Of a stretch of 59,737 nucleotides of DNA, positions 34,138 through 43,263 are shown one piece after another. Position numbers and translations under genes: made by a program. A model generated the notes under the pieces. It saw only the letters and a list, made by a program, of their open reading frames with translations. It was not told the origin of the DNA and made no database searches. Origin of the DNA: a virus; the IMG/VR virus record IMGVR_UViG_3300018411_000028, positions 1 through 59,737 of that record. The stretch is one strand, 5' to 3'. How positions within the stretch are numbered: position 1 is the stretch's first letter; every line of letters starts with the position of its first letter.

Positions 34138-35121
34138 TTAGTCCCTTCCTGCAGACACTTTCCGCGCGTATCCATAGTCTAAAGAGTTCTCTGCACATGC
34201 CGCTTTTAGTGTACCGTACACGCCTGCTTCAACATCTCGTATAAGCTCTAAACACCTTGCTTTTTTAGTCACTTTTTTAGGTACATCATCAGGAACTTTC
34301 TTACCTGCTGATTTATCCACTTTTTCTTTAGGTGTCATACCATCTAAAATAGCTTCAACATTACTCAGTTGAACTCTACGGAGCTGGATTTTCCTCACAG
34401 CCTCATAAATTTCTTCCAGTTCATTAGGTGCCTTGCCAAAGATAATTTTATTGTACACGGCACCTTTTGTTTTAATGTAAGGATAAATGTTTTTTCTTGA
34501 GGACGTGTTATACATTTTCTGAACTTCTGTTAGTCTACCAACTGCAACAGACTTACCTATCCTCTCCAGTTGCTTAGAGAATATAGGTTTATCCATAACT
34601 ATCTTAAACCTAAGAATATTTCTACCTTTAATATCAATCCAGTCAGAGTCAGGCACAGACATAAATATAATGTTGTTGTCTGTTCTCATTGTCTGGAGTA
34701 CATCATTCATTGCTTCATTAGGCTTACTCTGCCATTTACGATTATTATATGCGACTCCAAAGTCATCGAAGACAAAGACACCATAGTGACTCTCAGGTCT
34801 TCTCATAACATTAATACACCGCATTACCTGGTCAGGTGCGATAGTGGCTATGTGCCCAATATTGAAATAGTGTGAAGGAACACCACCAAAATGATTTGCA
34901 AGCTGGATAGCACACCAGCACGCAGTATTCATAGTAGCATTGCTTTTCCCCATCCCTGGCTTGCCTTCAAAAAGGCATATTACGTTTTGATTCTTGGAGT
35001 GGATAATAATATCTGTGAAAAGCTGTGCTAAAGACATTTCAGATAGGTCTTCCTCAACTATTTTGAAGAAATCTTCCACTTCCATATTATCTTCTGTTGA
35101 TTCAGTAGTATTTTCGACCAT
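34138..35121 (-). CDS. P-loop NTPase (morphogenesis/packaging-type ATPase candidate)
   Basis: Walker A FEGKPGMGKSN, Walker B GVFVFDDFG. Last gene of the operon headed by the MCP-like gene. Confidence 0.8.
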   Translation of the reverse strand: MVENTTESTEDNMEVEDFFKIVEEDLSEMSLAQLFTDIIIHSKNQNVICLFEGKPGMGKSNATMNTACWCAIQLANHFGGVPSHYFNIGHIATIAPDQVMRCINVMRRPESHYGVFVFDDFGVAYNNRKWQSKPNEAMNDVLQTMRTDNNIIFMSVPDSDWIDIKGRNILRFKIVMDKPIFSKQLERIGKSVAVGRLTEVQKMYNTSSRKNIYPYIKTKGAVYNKIIFGKAPNELEEIYEAVRKIQLRRVQLSNVEAILDGMTPKEKVDKSAGKKVPDDVPKKVTKKARCLELIRDVEAGVYGTLKAACAENSLDYGYARKVSAGRD

Positions 35122-35122
35122 T

Positions 35123-35701
35123 TTACGTCTCTCCAGCAGCTATCTTTCTTAAATTCGCTTCCTTCTCTTTAATTCTCTGCTCAGTCTCCTCTATTTCCCT
35201 GATTGCACTCTGCATAGACTCCAACAGGGTACCCGTTTTATCCTCTGCAAACGCTGCCGTACACTCAAATATCCCGAAATTCACTGCTTTCTTTTTCAGA
35301 TCTTCACTTGTTACCTGCATAATCACTTGTTTCTTCTTGAGCCCTAAGAAGTTATCAAATTCCTCAAAGCATTTGGCAATCATTTTTATGTTTTCTCTAA
35401 ATATTAACTGATTCTGTTTTGTTGGTTCTCTTGTATTCTTTTTAATCTCGTCTATCTTGTCATCCCTTGAGTCTAACAACTTTGTGCATTCTTTCTCATC
35501 AAGTACAAATGTCGTAAGAAGCATGGTCAGCATTTCAAGTCTCTGATCTGCGTACTTATCCGCGCCTGTTGCTGTTTGTAAAACGTTAGTCATACCATCA
35601 ACAACATTATACATGCGCTGTAAGTGCTGATCCTTTACCACAAATTGCCTATCTTCTGTTGTATAGGTCTTTGTGCCGCTTTCTTTGTCTATCTGAGGCA
35701 T
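35123..35701 (-). CDS. Hypothetical helical protein (192 aa)
   Basis: 1-nt spacing from its neighbours in the operon. No motif recognised. Confidence 0.7.
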   Translation of the reverse strand: MPQIDKESGTKTYTTEDRQFVVKDQHLQRMYNVVDGMTNVLQTATGADKYADQRLEMLTMLLTTFVLDEKECTKLLDSRDDKIDEIKKNTREPTKQNQLIFRENIKMIAKCFEEFDNFLGLKKKQVIMQVTSEDLKKKAVNFGIFECTAAFAEDKTGTLLESMQSAIREIEETEQRIKEKEANLRKIAAGET

Positions 35702-36055
35702 TTACATCCCTACTATACCCATATTACAGATTTCTAAACATGTTATGCGAAATACATCCAGTGTGTATCTACAGTACCTAATAGGATTCTCTTTACTGTA
35801 TACTCTTTTCTCCCATTTAGCAAATGTTTTCTGAACGTCTTTGTCAAACTTGTTGGAAAAGTCTGTCATTGTCTGAGTGAGGTAGTACAGTTCACTAAAC
35901 ATTAGCCTGAAGTGCTCAAGTTTTCCAAGTGCATCTGCATATTGCCTATTGTTTAGCTTTGTCTGAATGTATGAGGCTGTTTCGCACAAATCCATGTATA
36001 AGAAAGTTGCTTTATAAAGTAAAGGGGACTGTTCTATTGAAGTAGTGTCCCCCAT
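35702..36055 (-). CDS. Hypothetical protein (117 aa)
   Basis: Abuts 35701. Operon context. Confidence 0.7.
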   Translation of the reverse strand: MGDTTSIEQSPLLYKATFLYMDLCETASYIQTKLNNRQYADALGKLEHFRLMFSELYYLTQTMTDFSNKFDKDVQKTFAKWEKRVYSKENPIRYCRYTLDVFRITCLEICNMGIVGM

Positions 36056-36058
36056 AGT

Positions 36059-36369
36059 TTAAACCCCTGTCTGAGTACTCAATATGTAAATTCCAAGCAC
36101 AGTAACACCAACAACCATACAGAAAGCAATAATCTTACTCATATGCTTATCTAAGAAGTCCACAAGATCCCTTTTATCTCCCTGCTCCTGGAGAGTAAGG
36201 AGATTGCTTACCATGCTGCCAGTAAGTCCCATGCTGCAAAGATCTGCAGCTTCAGAGAGGCAAAGAGCTTCTGACTGGATAGGTATAAGTTTAATCTCTT
36301 CTCTGTATGCTAGGATCTTTTCTGCGAGTCTCTGTGAAACTCTCTCAATGTCTACGTTCTGTTGCCTCA

Positions 36370-36370
<1 letters not shown>
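36059..36370 (-). CDS. Protein with C-terminal TM anchor (103 aa)
   Basis: C-terminal IIAFCMVVGVTVLGIYIL. Start overlaps the previous stop by 1 nt. Confidence 0.65.
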
Positions 36371-37062
<692 letters not shown>

Positions 37063-37662
37063 TTATTTTCCTCCGAATGACCAAAAACTTTTCTTTTTGG
37101 CTTTAGTTTCTACTTCATAAGGTCTTGTAACTTCCTGCACCTGGATATTGCGAGTCCCAAGTTCAGCATTAATAAGACGTTCTCTCTTTTCCCCTACTGA
37201 CCTAGAGACATAGGCTTCAAATACTGACATTATATTTTTCTCTAGTGCTGAAACATTCATACTCAACATATCTTCCTGAGTCGCGGCACATCTTGTTAAT
37301 TCAAGCTTCAACTGTGCAAATATTAATACATACTTCAAAGGGTCATTCTGCCCAAATATACCAAGTTTTCTAACGCTGTTATTTGCTAGTACCTGCTCAC
37401 GTGCAAAGAGTGAGTAAACACAGGAAACAAGTTCACGCTTATACCTTTCTGTGACTGCTGCCGTCTTAATATGCCCCATTATATCCGCAAGGTAAGGACT
37501 CGCGCCCATCATTGTGGCGTACTTTAAACTGTCATCTGAGAATGAAGGACGCTCTACATTACTTGCGCCAAATCCAAATGAGATTGCGCCTAAGTCATCA
37601 TCCTCTGGATACTGGTCTTCTTCTTCGTGTTCTTCTTCGTTTAGATAGCTGTCGCTGTTCAT
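37063..37662 (-). CDS. Hypothetical protein with acidic N-terminus (199 aa)
   Basis: NEEEHEEEDQYPEDDD N-terminus. Abuts 37062. Confidence 0.7.
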   Translation of the reverse strand: MNSDSYLNEEEHEEEDQYPEDDDLGAISFGFGASNVERPSFSDDSLKYATMMGASPYLADIMGHIKTAAVTERYKRELVSCVYSLFAREQVLANNSVRKLGIFGQNDPLKYVLIFAQLKLELTRCAATQEDMLSMNVSALEKNIMSVFEAYVSRSVGEKRERLINAELGTRNIQVQEVTRPYEVETKAKKKSFWSFGGK

Positions 37663-37745
37663 ATTTCCTCCTATTAAAACACCACCTAAGTGAATGAAAA
37701 AAAATTATTTAAAAGAGAGAAGAGGGGTTAAGAAACTCCCTCTGT

Positions 37746-37994
37746 TTATTCCTTCAGACCTTTAAGGGCTCTGATAGCAATTGCAACTGCAGCGATTACG
37801 ATAACTGCACCGAGGATTGCAACACCAGATGTCCAGATGTCAGCACCAGTGGTTGCGCTGCCAAAATCACCACTTGCGTTAATTGGCAGAGAGGTAGACA
37901 TACTTTCGCCAAGCCCCGGCCCCAAGTACAGAATGACGACAACCGTGAGAAGGCCCATACAAAAAGCTGAAATCTCTTCTATTACAGTAACCAT
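37746..37994 (-). CDS. Small two-helix hydrophobic protein: major capsid protein candidate of spindle/pleomorphic-type viruses
   Basis: 82 aa. Hydrophobic helix ISAFCMGLLTVVVILYLGPGLG, loop with an N-x-S site, second helix GVAILGAVIVIAAVAIAI, basic tail. First gene behind a strong AGCGCGTATATA promoter. Confidence 0.55.
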   Translation of the reverse strand: MVTVIEEISAFCMGLLTVVVILYLGPGLGESMSTSLPINASGDFGSATTGADIWTSGVAILGAVIVIAAVAIAIRALKGLKE

Positions 37995-38082
37995 AGTTTA
38001 AAACTCCCATATATTTGTGTATATTATTTTACTGTTTTGTTTGTTTATTTGTTTATTTGTTTAGGTAATAATACCCTACTAC

Positions 38083-38108
38083 TATATACGCGCTCTTTCT
38101 ATTTAAAA
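38083..38108 (-). promoter_or_regulatory. BRE/TATA-like promoter, AGCGCGTATATA family, copy 3 (minus strand)
   Basis: Reverse complement reads ttttaaatagaaagAGCGCGTATATAg, 89 nt upstream of the start at 37994. Confidence 0.55.
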
Positions 38109-38225
38109 CTTTCTATACAGTGGTTAACAGGCTTAAAATTTGTATTTAGGCAGTGAAATACTGTCGAAAAGCTTATAGTCTTTTAGAACGTATATACTTT
38201 ATACAATAATTTGGTGGTGCATTTG

Positions 38226-39023
38226 ATGGACGAATATAAAATGTGTAGAGTGTGTAAGCAACTACTTCCCTTGTGTAGCTTTAACACTAGAAAAGGTGCT
38301 AAAGATGGACACAGAAACGACTGTAAGGTATGCCAAGCAGTCAGGAATAAACATTGGGGAGAAAATAATAAAGAGTACATAGCTAAGTATAATAAAAAAT
38401 ACTGGGAGGAAAACAAAGAAATTTTAGCAGATAAACATAAAGAATATTGGGAGGAAAACAAAGAGGCTATGCATGCTAAAAACAAGCAATGGAGAGAAGA
38501 AAACAAAGAACACACTCAGGCGTATAATAAAGAAAAATATGCAAATAATAAAGAAGCAAATAGAGAGCATAACAAAGCATATTGGGCAGCCAATAAAGAA
38601 AGATTAAAAGAACAGTGTAAGAAGTGGAGAAAAGAACACCCAGGTTACTTAACAGAAAAACAAAAGGAATGGAGAGAAAACAACAAAGAGCACTACATAG
38701 AATACCACAAGAAATACAGAGAAGAGAATGCAGAAACCATTAAAGAACGTCATAATGCATGGAAACAAACACCAGGTTATAAACTCGCAAACATCAGACA
38801 TAAACAAAAACGCAGAGAACTAGGATTCAACCCCATAAATGAACGCTTTGAGGGTTCAGAGTTCCACCACTTGCACGTAGACATGGAAGGCAACACAGAT
38901 AACGCAATTGGCTTATTTATCCCTGCAGAGCTTCACAAGTCTATTGCACATAACCATTCAACATGGGTAGGTATGGAAGAGATTAACGCCGTAGCAATTG
39001 ACTGGTTCTTTTCTGAAGAATAA
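38226..39023 (+). CDS. Zn-ribbon / ~15-aa NKE-repeat protein with C-terminal HNH-like motif (paralogue of 32959..34020)
   Basis: CRVCKQLLPLCSFNTRKGAKDGHRNDCKVCQAV. About nine repeats of the type NKEYIAKYNKKYWEE. C-terminus KRRELGFNPINERFEGSEFHHLH...LFIPAELHKSIAHN. ATG 38226 follows TTGGTGGTG. Confidence 0.7.
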   Translation: MDEYKMCRVCKQLLPLCSFNTRKGAKDGHRNDCKVCQAVRNKHWGENNKEYIAKYNKKYWEENKEILADKHKEYWEENKEAMHAKNKQWREENKEHTQAYNKEKYANNKEANREHNKAYWAANKERLKEQCKKWRKEHPGYLTEKQKEWRENNKEHYIEYHKKYREENAETIKERHNAWKQTPGYKLANIRHKQKRRELGFNPINERFEGSEFHHLHVDMEGNTDNAIGLFIPAELHKSIAHNHSTWVGMEEINAVAIDWFFSEE

Positions 39024-39068
39024 CTTTTCAAAACAGAAATAAAAAAAAATTTGAGAGTCGCGGCACTC

Positions 39069-39326
39069 TCAGTATCTTCTCTTGTTTTTTAATGCTGAAA
39101 TTCCGAAAATTAACATCATAATGCCTAGTATTGCAGCTATGGGGGTAAACAAGTTAGATGTTGCGCTCTGTATTGCTGTGTTACTTTCGTATGACTGCTC
39201 ATATGCTGTATCTGTTACATTTATATTCTCATCATTCGCGCTTAACACACCATACATGTAGCTTACACCTACCATTAGCACTGCCATAAGTGCCAGCATT
39301 GGGACTATCTTACTCATTTGACTCAT
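39069..39326 (-). CDS. Second small two-helix hydrophobic (MCP-like) protein (85 aa)
   Basis: ATG 39326 follows AGGTGGTAAGA. Helix IVPMLALMAVLMVGVSYMYGV, polar loop with N-x-T, helix IAAILGIMMLIFGISAL, basic tail KNKRRY. Confidence 0.65.
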   Translation of the reverse strand: MSQMSKIVPMLALMAVLMVGVSYMYGVLSANDENINVTDTAYEQSYESNTAIQSATSNLFTPIAAILGIMMLIFGISALKNKRRY

Positions 39327-39576
39327 TCTTACCACCTTTCTTTATTTTGGCTGCTGCGTCTTTTAGATCCTTCTCAACATCTAGCAGAAACACAGGATTT
39401 TCTGTTATAACTTTTATATACGTGCGCTTGCAGTAGCATATACAGTAGATAATCGCTGCAAGATAAGTGAAAATTTCCACTGCTGGCGAAAGCACATCAG
39501 TTACGGCAACTGTGACTATGGACCCAAGCGAAATTAAAAAACCCCAATCAAGAGGGTTTGCAAACTGCTGTTTCAT
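39310..39576 (-). CDS. Membrane protein (88 aa)
   Basis: GGAGG RBS. Two hydrophobic helices. Confidence 0.6.
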   Translation of the reverse strand: MKQQFANPLDWGFLISLGSIVTVAVTDVLSPAVEIFTYLAAIIYCICYCKRTYIKVITENPVFLLDVEKDLKDAAAKIKKGGKNESNE

Positions 39577-39987
39577 TTATATTTCCTCCACTACTTTACT
39601 TTCTTTTATAAACTGGTATATCTGTAACAAAATGGTTATACTGATTACTATCCCTATCAACTGGAATACCTGTGATACCGCACTATTCCGTATTACCTCT
39701 GTTGATACTATAACTTCATTGGTTGAGCTTAAAAATCTTTCTGTGGTTGTTAGAGTCCCGTCAAGAAACAGGTTAGAAATTTTAAAGCTGATTATTGCAG
39801 GTATTAATGTTGTTCCTACTGATAATGCCGTAACTCCTCCAGATCCCCATGTGAACAAACCAATAACAAAGAACACTATTCCCATTGCAAGGAGCATCCA
39901 AACAGTGTTTATGTCAGTTGTGGTGAGTTCTGCAGCAGCAGGAGAAATTAAGCAAAGCAGTCCTAATACTGTTAGTTCTGATTTCAT
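39577..39987 (-). CDS. Multi-pass membrane protein with signal-like N-terminus (136 aa)
   Basis: AGGTGATAAA-ATG start. The leader ctatagtaggtgataa is shared with the 10347 gene. Confidence 0.7.
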   Translation of the reverse strand: MKSELTVLGLLCLISPAAAELTTTDINTVWMLLAMGIVFFVIGLFTWGSGGVTALSVGTTLIPAIISFKISNLFLDGTLTTTERFLSSTNEVIVSTEVIRNSAVSQVFQLIGIVISITILLQIYQFIKESKVVEEI

Positions 39988-40039
39988 TTTATCACCTACT
40001 ATAGTAATAGGTGCTAAAAGTATTTAAAATGTACGTTAG

Positions 40040-40065
40040 TTTTATAACGGTTGAGCGCGTATATA
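40040..40065 (+). promoter_or_regulatory. BRE/TATA-like promoter, AGCGCGTATATA family, copy 4
   Basis: ttttataacggttgAGCGCGTATATAa, 46 nt upstream of ATG 40111. Confidence 0.55.
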
Positions 40066-40110
40066 ATAGTAAAGAGGGATACTAACAACAATATAAAGGA
40101 GATAACAAAC

Positions 40111-40302
40111 ATGGCTAAAATAGACCTTAGAACTCTGCAGAAAGGTACAGGCTTATGGGAAGTTTCTGCAACAAAAAACTTTAGACGCATTAAAACAAAC
40201 ATGGGTTTTGATAAGCCGACTGCACAGTTAGTTGCAAAACAGCTTAACGAAGACTACCCTGGCGCAAATGCAAGAGTAGTTAAAGGTGGTAAGAAAAAAT
40301 AA
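40111..40302 (+). CDS. Small basic protein (63 aa), probably highly expressed
   Basis: AAGGAG RBS, a strong promoter upstream and a clean terminator downstream. MAKIDLRTLQKGTGLWEV...VVKGGKKK. Confidence 0.6.
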   Translation: MAKIDLRTLQKGTGLWEVSATKNFRRIKTNMGFDKPTAQLVAKQLNEDYPGANARVVKGGKKK

Positions 40303-40328
40303 GCTGAGTCAAAACTCAGCACTTTTTT
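40303..40328 (+). terminator. Hairpin plus T-run terminator
   Basis: gctgagt-caaa-actcagc followed by acTTTTTT immediately after the stop codon. Confidence 0.6.
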
Positions 40329-40353
40329 AATTATTTTTCTAATCATTACTTTT

Positions 40354-40560
40354 TTAATCATTTTTATTCTTGAGTGCAAGATAAATCATGTAAAATGCGC
40401 TCAAGACTTCCACAAGATAAACTAGACTGTTAGGATCTTGAAAGAAAAGTGCATGAATTATTGTTCCTGTGCCGTACAGCAGAAAGAATTTATCCATAAG
40501 TGTGTATTTCACTTTATTTTCGTTATCAGTAGGAGTACAAGCCATTCTAAGCCTCACCAT
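40354..40560 (-). CDS. Small membrane protein (68 aa)
   Basis: Track ORF with a hydrophobic C-terminal half. No clear RBS. Confidence 0.4.
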   Translation of the reverse strand: MVRLRMACTPTDNENKVKYTLMDKFFLLYGTGTIIHALFFQDPNSLVYLVEVLSAFYMIYLALKNKND

Positions 40561-40646
40561 TCAATTTATTTTAAGTGGGTGGTGTGTTTGTACCTTGGAA
40601 ATATAAGAAAAAGAGTGTAATTTGGTACAAACACACTACAAATGAT

Positions 40647-40880
40647 TTATGCGTTAAGTTTCTTCTTAGATCCTTTCTTTTTCTGTGCATCAAGCACTTG
40701 TGTAATTTCTGCCAGGATAGTTGCAACACCTGCAAGGTTATCTTCGTTAAGATCCATTTCAAGTTTGTCTGCATATTCCTTCATACCCTCCACACCGGAG
40801 GACCTGAGCTTTGCAATTGCACCACGGGCTATAATTTTCACTGTCTTGTCTGTTACTTTTGTTACTTTTCTACACATCAT
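40647..40880 (-). CDS. Hypothetical protein (77 aa)
   Basis: GGTGGTATAA motif lies 4 nt upstream of the start (40885-40893 on the plus strand). Chosen over two overlapping plus-strand track ORFs. Confidence 0.55.
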   Translation of the reverse strand: MMCRKVTKVTDKTVKIIARGAIAKLRSSGVEGMKEYADKLEMDLNEDNLAGVATILAEITQVLDAQKKKGSKKKLNA

Positions 40881-41026
40881 ATATTATACCACCATTAAGT
40901 AGTTTACTTTCGATTAACTTACTACGTAATTAAACGCTGTCAATGTATTTAAAACTTACTACAAAACTATACTCTGAAAACGTTTATATGAATACACGTA
41001 ATAGTATAGTTTGGAGATGAAAACAA

Positions 41027-41296
41027 ATGGTAGGAGAAACAACAGCTAGAAAGAATCCTCAAAGCATGAGAGAGCTTGAAGACGAGTTTCACAGAAGATT
41101 ACTCGAAGCTAAGCAGAAAAAGGTAGATCTTGGCAAACAGATGCTTGAGCTTGAGAAAATGTATTCAGCAGCAGAAGCGGAAGAAGATACATGGGACGCT
41201 GCACTTTATTCCCTGCAAAATGTTGGTGTGTCATCTGGACCTAAAAGCAGAAGAAGAAACGGTAAGAGTAATGAAGAAGAGGAAGGAGAGGATTAA
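41027..41296 (+). CDS. Coiled-coil protein (89 aa)
   Basis: Track ORF. Charged heptad-like sequence. Confidence 0.5.
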   Translation: MVGETTARKNPQSMRELEDEFHRRLLEAKQKKVDLGKQMLELEKMYSAAEAEEDTWDAALYSLQNVGVSSGPKSRRRNGKSNEEEEGED

Positions 41297-41305
41297 ACCT
41301 CTCTA

Positions 41306-41446
41306 TTACTTTCTTGTTTTAACTTTCCTGTTTGCAGCCTCAAAAGCTGCTTCTCTTTCTGCTATATCTTCTGCAGGAGGAATGTAAACATATCTTCTTG
41401 CCGTGTGACTATATGAATAATATTCTAATCCTGTTCTTGTTTCCAT
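41306..41446 (-). CDS. Small protein (46 aa)
   Basis: ATG directly after GGTGGTATAG (reverse complement of 41447-41456). Confidence 0.45.
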   Translation of the reverse strand: METRTGLEYYSYSHTARRYVYIPPAEDIAEREAAFEAANRKVKTRK

Positions 41447-41456
41447 CTATACCACC

Positions 41457-41804
41457 TTATACAGTTATTTTTATTAATGAGTTATCAAACATTGCAGGAG
41501 TCCTGTGTAGCTCTTTATGACATTTATCACAAACAGGTAGAATATTTGCAATGTCATTATCGTGAAAAATTGCTATTGGTTTTACATGGTGAAAAGTAAT
41601 CAAAGTTTCATTGCGTGACTGCCCACAAATTGCACAGCAGTCACCATGAACAGCAGAGATTAAATTTTTGTGCCCTTTAAAACCATGCAGAGCACCCCTT
41701 GGGCAGTGACCTTTTGCGTCTTTCTGCCCTTGAGTAGATAGACCCATTGGGAGTGTGTCACCCTCTGGACGGTTATTAATGTAGTTTATGTAGTGCATAT
41801 GCAC
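41457..41804 (-). CDS. HNH endonuclease
   Basis: CAICGQSRNETLITFHHVKPIAIFHDNDIANILPVCDKCHKELH (CxxC...HH...N...CxxCH). Confidence 0.75.
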   Translation of the reverse strand: MHMHYINYINNRPEGDTLPMGLSTQGQKDAKGHCPRGALHGFKGHKNLISAVHGDCCAICGQSRNETLITFHHVKPIAIFHDNDIANILPVCDKCHKELHRTPAMFDNSLIKITV

Positions 41805-41961
41805 TTTATCTTTGCTCTTTGAAGCGTTCCATGCTTTTAAAAAGACTTTTGACTCTTGCCAGGTTATTTTCTGTGTCGTTTCTTAATCCCCCTCAATTCC
41901 TATACAAAGTAATTCTTTTCAATGTATATAAAATCTTCGGAGGTTAAAAGTAAAGGGGTGT

Positions 41962-42216
41962 TTAAGGGTTTATCACCTCAAGCACTCTACTTTCAAGCAG
42001 TTCACTACCTTTGAATATCTCTTCTATAGTAAAAAACCTATCTTCCACCTGGAGCACAGGAGCATTATTTGTGAACACTTGATTAAACCTAAGCTCTGCG
42101 AGATTCTCAGCTTCCTGCATGTCGAGAGATTCAAATGCGATACCGTTAGAAGTGAGAAAGGCTTTAAGCCTCTTACACTTCGGGCATACTTTTGTTGAAT
42201 ATACGTTTACTATCAT
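41962..42216 (-). CDS. Glutaredoxin/NrdH-like redoxin
   Basis: VNVYSTKVCPKCKRLKAFL: CxxC in a thioredoxin-fold context, 84 aa. Confidence 0.8.
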   Translation of the reverse strand: MIVNVYSTKVCPKCKRLKAFLTSNGIAFESLDMQEAENLAELRFNQVFTNNAPVLQVEDRFFTIEEIFKGSELLESRVLEVINP

Positions 42217-42354
42217 TTAATCTTCCTCCACAGTGTTAATAGCTTCCTCTAAGTTAAAAAACACAAACTCAATATCAGGCTCAAGCTTGAGATAAGCTTT
42301 TAAAGCAGACACAAGGCTTTCCCATGCAGTGTCTTTAGCTTCATTTATTGCCAT
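42217..42354 (-). CDS. Small acidic protein (45 aa)
   Basis: GGAGGAAAATTAA-ATG context. TAAATG junction with the redoxin gene. Confidence 0.4.
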   Translation of the reverse strand: MAINEAKDTAWESLVSALKAYLKLEPDIEFVFFNLEEAINTVEED

Positions 42355-42426
42355 TTAATTTTCCTCCACAACTCTAGTTTCTAGTATACGTTCTATTAGT
42401 CTTATGCCTTCTATTTACACCACCTC

Positions 42427-42951
42427 TTAGGTGTCAGGAGATACTACAAATACCCTGTCTGTACAAATTATAACTAACGGATATTCAGTTAAGTACATGT
42501 AACCTGTGACAGTATATAGGCTTGTAATGAGTTCTACGTATTCATCCCACACACGATAACTAGCTTTTATCTCTTCAGTGATTGTTTGCAGTGTTCTAAG
42601 CCTGTAGATCCATGCAGACTCTTCAAAAGCTTGCTTAAACTCTTCAAGAGATTTAAATTCACAGAAAGAATTGTTATAATTTCGTTTACACTTTACACCT
42701 TTATACTCAAAGTCAAGAATAGGAAGAAGCCCTTCAGTGTCATCCTGCACACTCTTTTTAACGTACTCCTCTGCAATATGGCAACCTCTGCAGTCCTCAC
42801 GCCAGCAATCACTTTCTGTTATATTACACGTTACAGATATTGTTTGGTATCTGTCAGAATAAATGTTTTTCAATGCACCTTCAGGACCGTTAAGCTGTGC
42901 GTCTACCATAGCTTTAAAAACTGCATTATTTTCAACTTCTGAAAATTCCAT
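42427..42951 (-). CDS. Hypothetical Cys-containing protein (174 aa)
   Basis: GGTGGTATAAC-ATG start. Contains CWREDCRGCH. Confidence 0.7.
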   Translation of the reverse strand: MEFSEVENNAVFKAMVDAQLNGPEGALKNIYSDRYQTISVTCNITESDCWREDCRGCHIAEEYVKKSVQDDTEGLLPILDFEYKGVKCKRNYNNSFCEFKSLEEFKQAFEESAWIYRLRTLQTITEEIKASYRVWDEYVELITSLYTVTGYMYLTEYPLVIICTDRVFVVSPDT

Positions 42952-42988
42952 GTTATACCACCTTATTACTCGTTATACCCCTGCATAA

Positions 42989-43207
42989 TCAATAATCCAA
43001 TAACTCTGTCTCGTTTATTATACCTTTTATTACATACTGCTGGTTTGCAGCATCGAATACCCATCTTACAATTATTACGTTACCTTCCTGTACGTTGGTT
43101 GCTAGTTCATGTTCGTTAGCGAAATATAGTATCTTGCAACCGGCTTCTCTCCAATCAGATGAATTCAAGTTTTTGAGCCAATCACTTATTATATATTCGC
43201 CGGTCAT
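42989..43207 (-). CDS. Hypothetical protein (72 aa)
   Basis: AGGTGGTGGA-ATG start. Confidence 0.55.
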   Translation of the reverse strand: MTGEYIISDWLKNLNSSDWREAGCKILYFANEHELATNVQEGNVIIVRWVFDAANQQYVIKGIINETELLDY

Positions 43208-43263
43208 TCCACCACCTTGTTAATTTCTTGATACTTTATCTACAACTTAATACTATTTAAACA

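Noticed and set aside
39467-40027. 186-aa plus-strand ORF
   Set aside because: It lies antisense to three consecutive minus-strand membrane genes, each with its own RBS (GGAGG, AGGTGATAAA) and operon spacing.
40575-40902. Two plus-strand ORFs (107 and 86 aa)
   Set aside because: They overlap the minus-strand ORF 40647..40880, which is preceded by the conserved RBS motif. The plus-strand frames are Cys/Phe-rich low complexity.
42427-42951. 174-aa Cys-containing ORF as the missing NrdG activase
   Set aside because: Its cluster is CWREDCRGC (CX4CX2C, not the radical-SAM CX3CX2C). I saw no glycine-rich SAM-binding motif. Size alone is not evidence.
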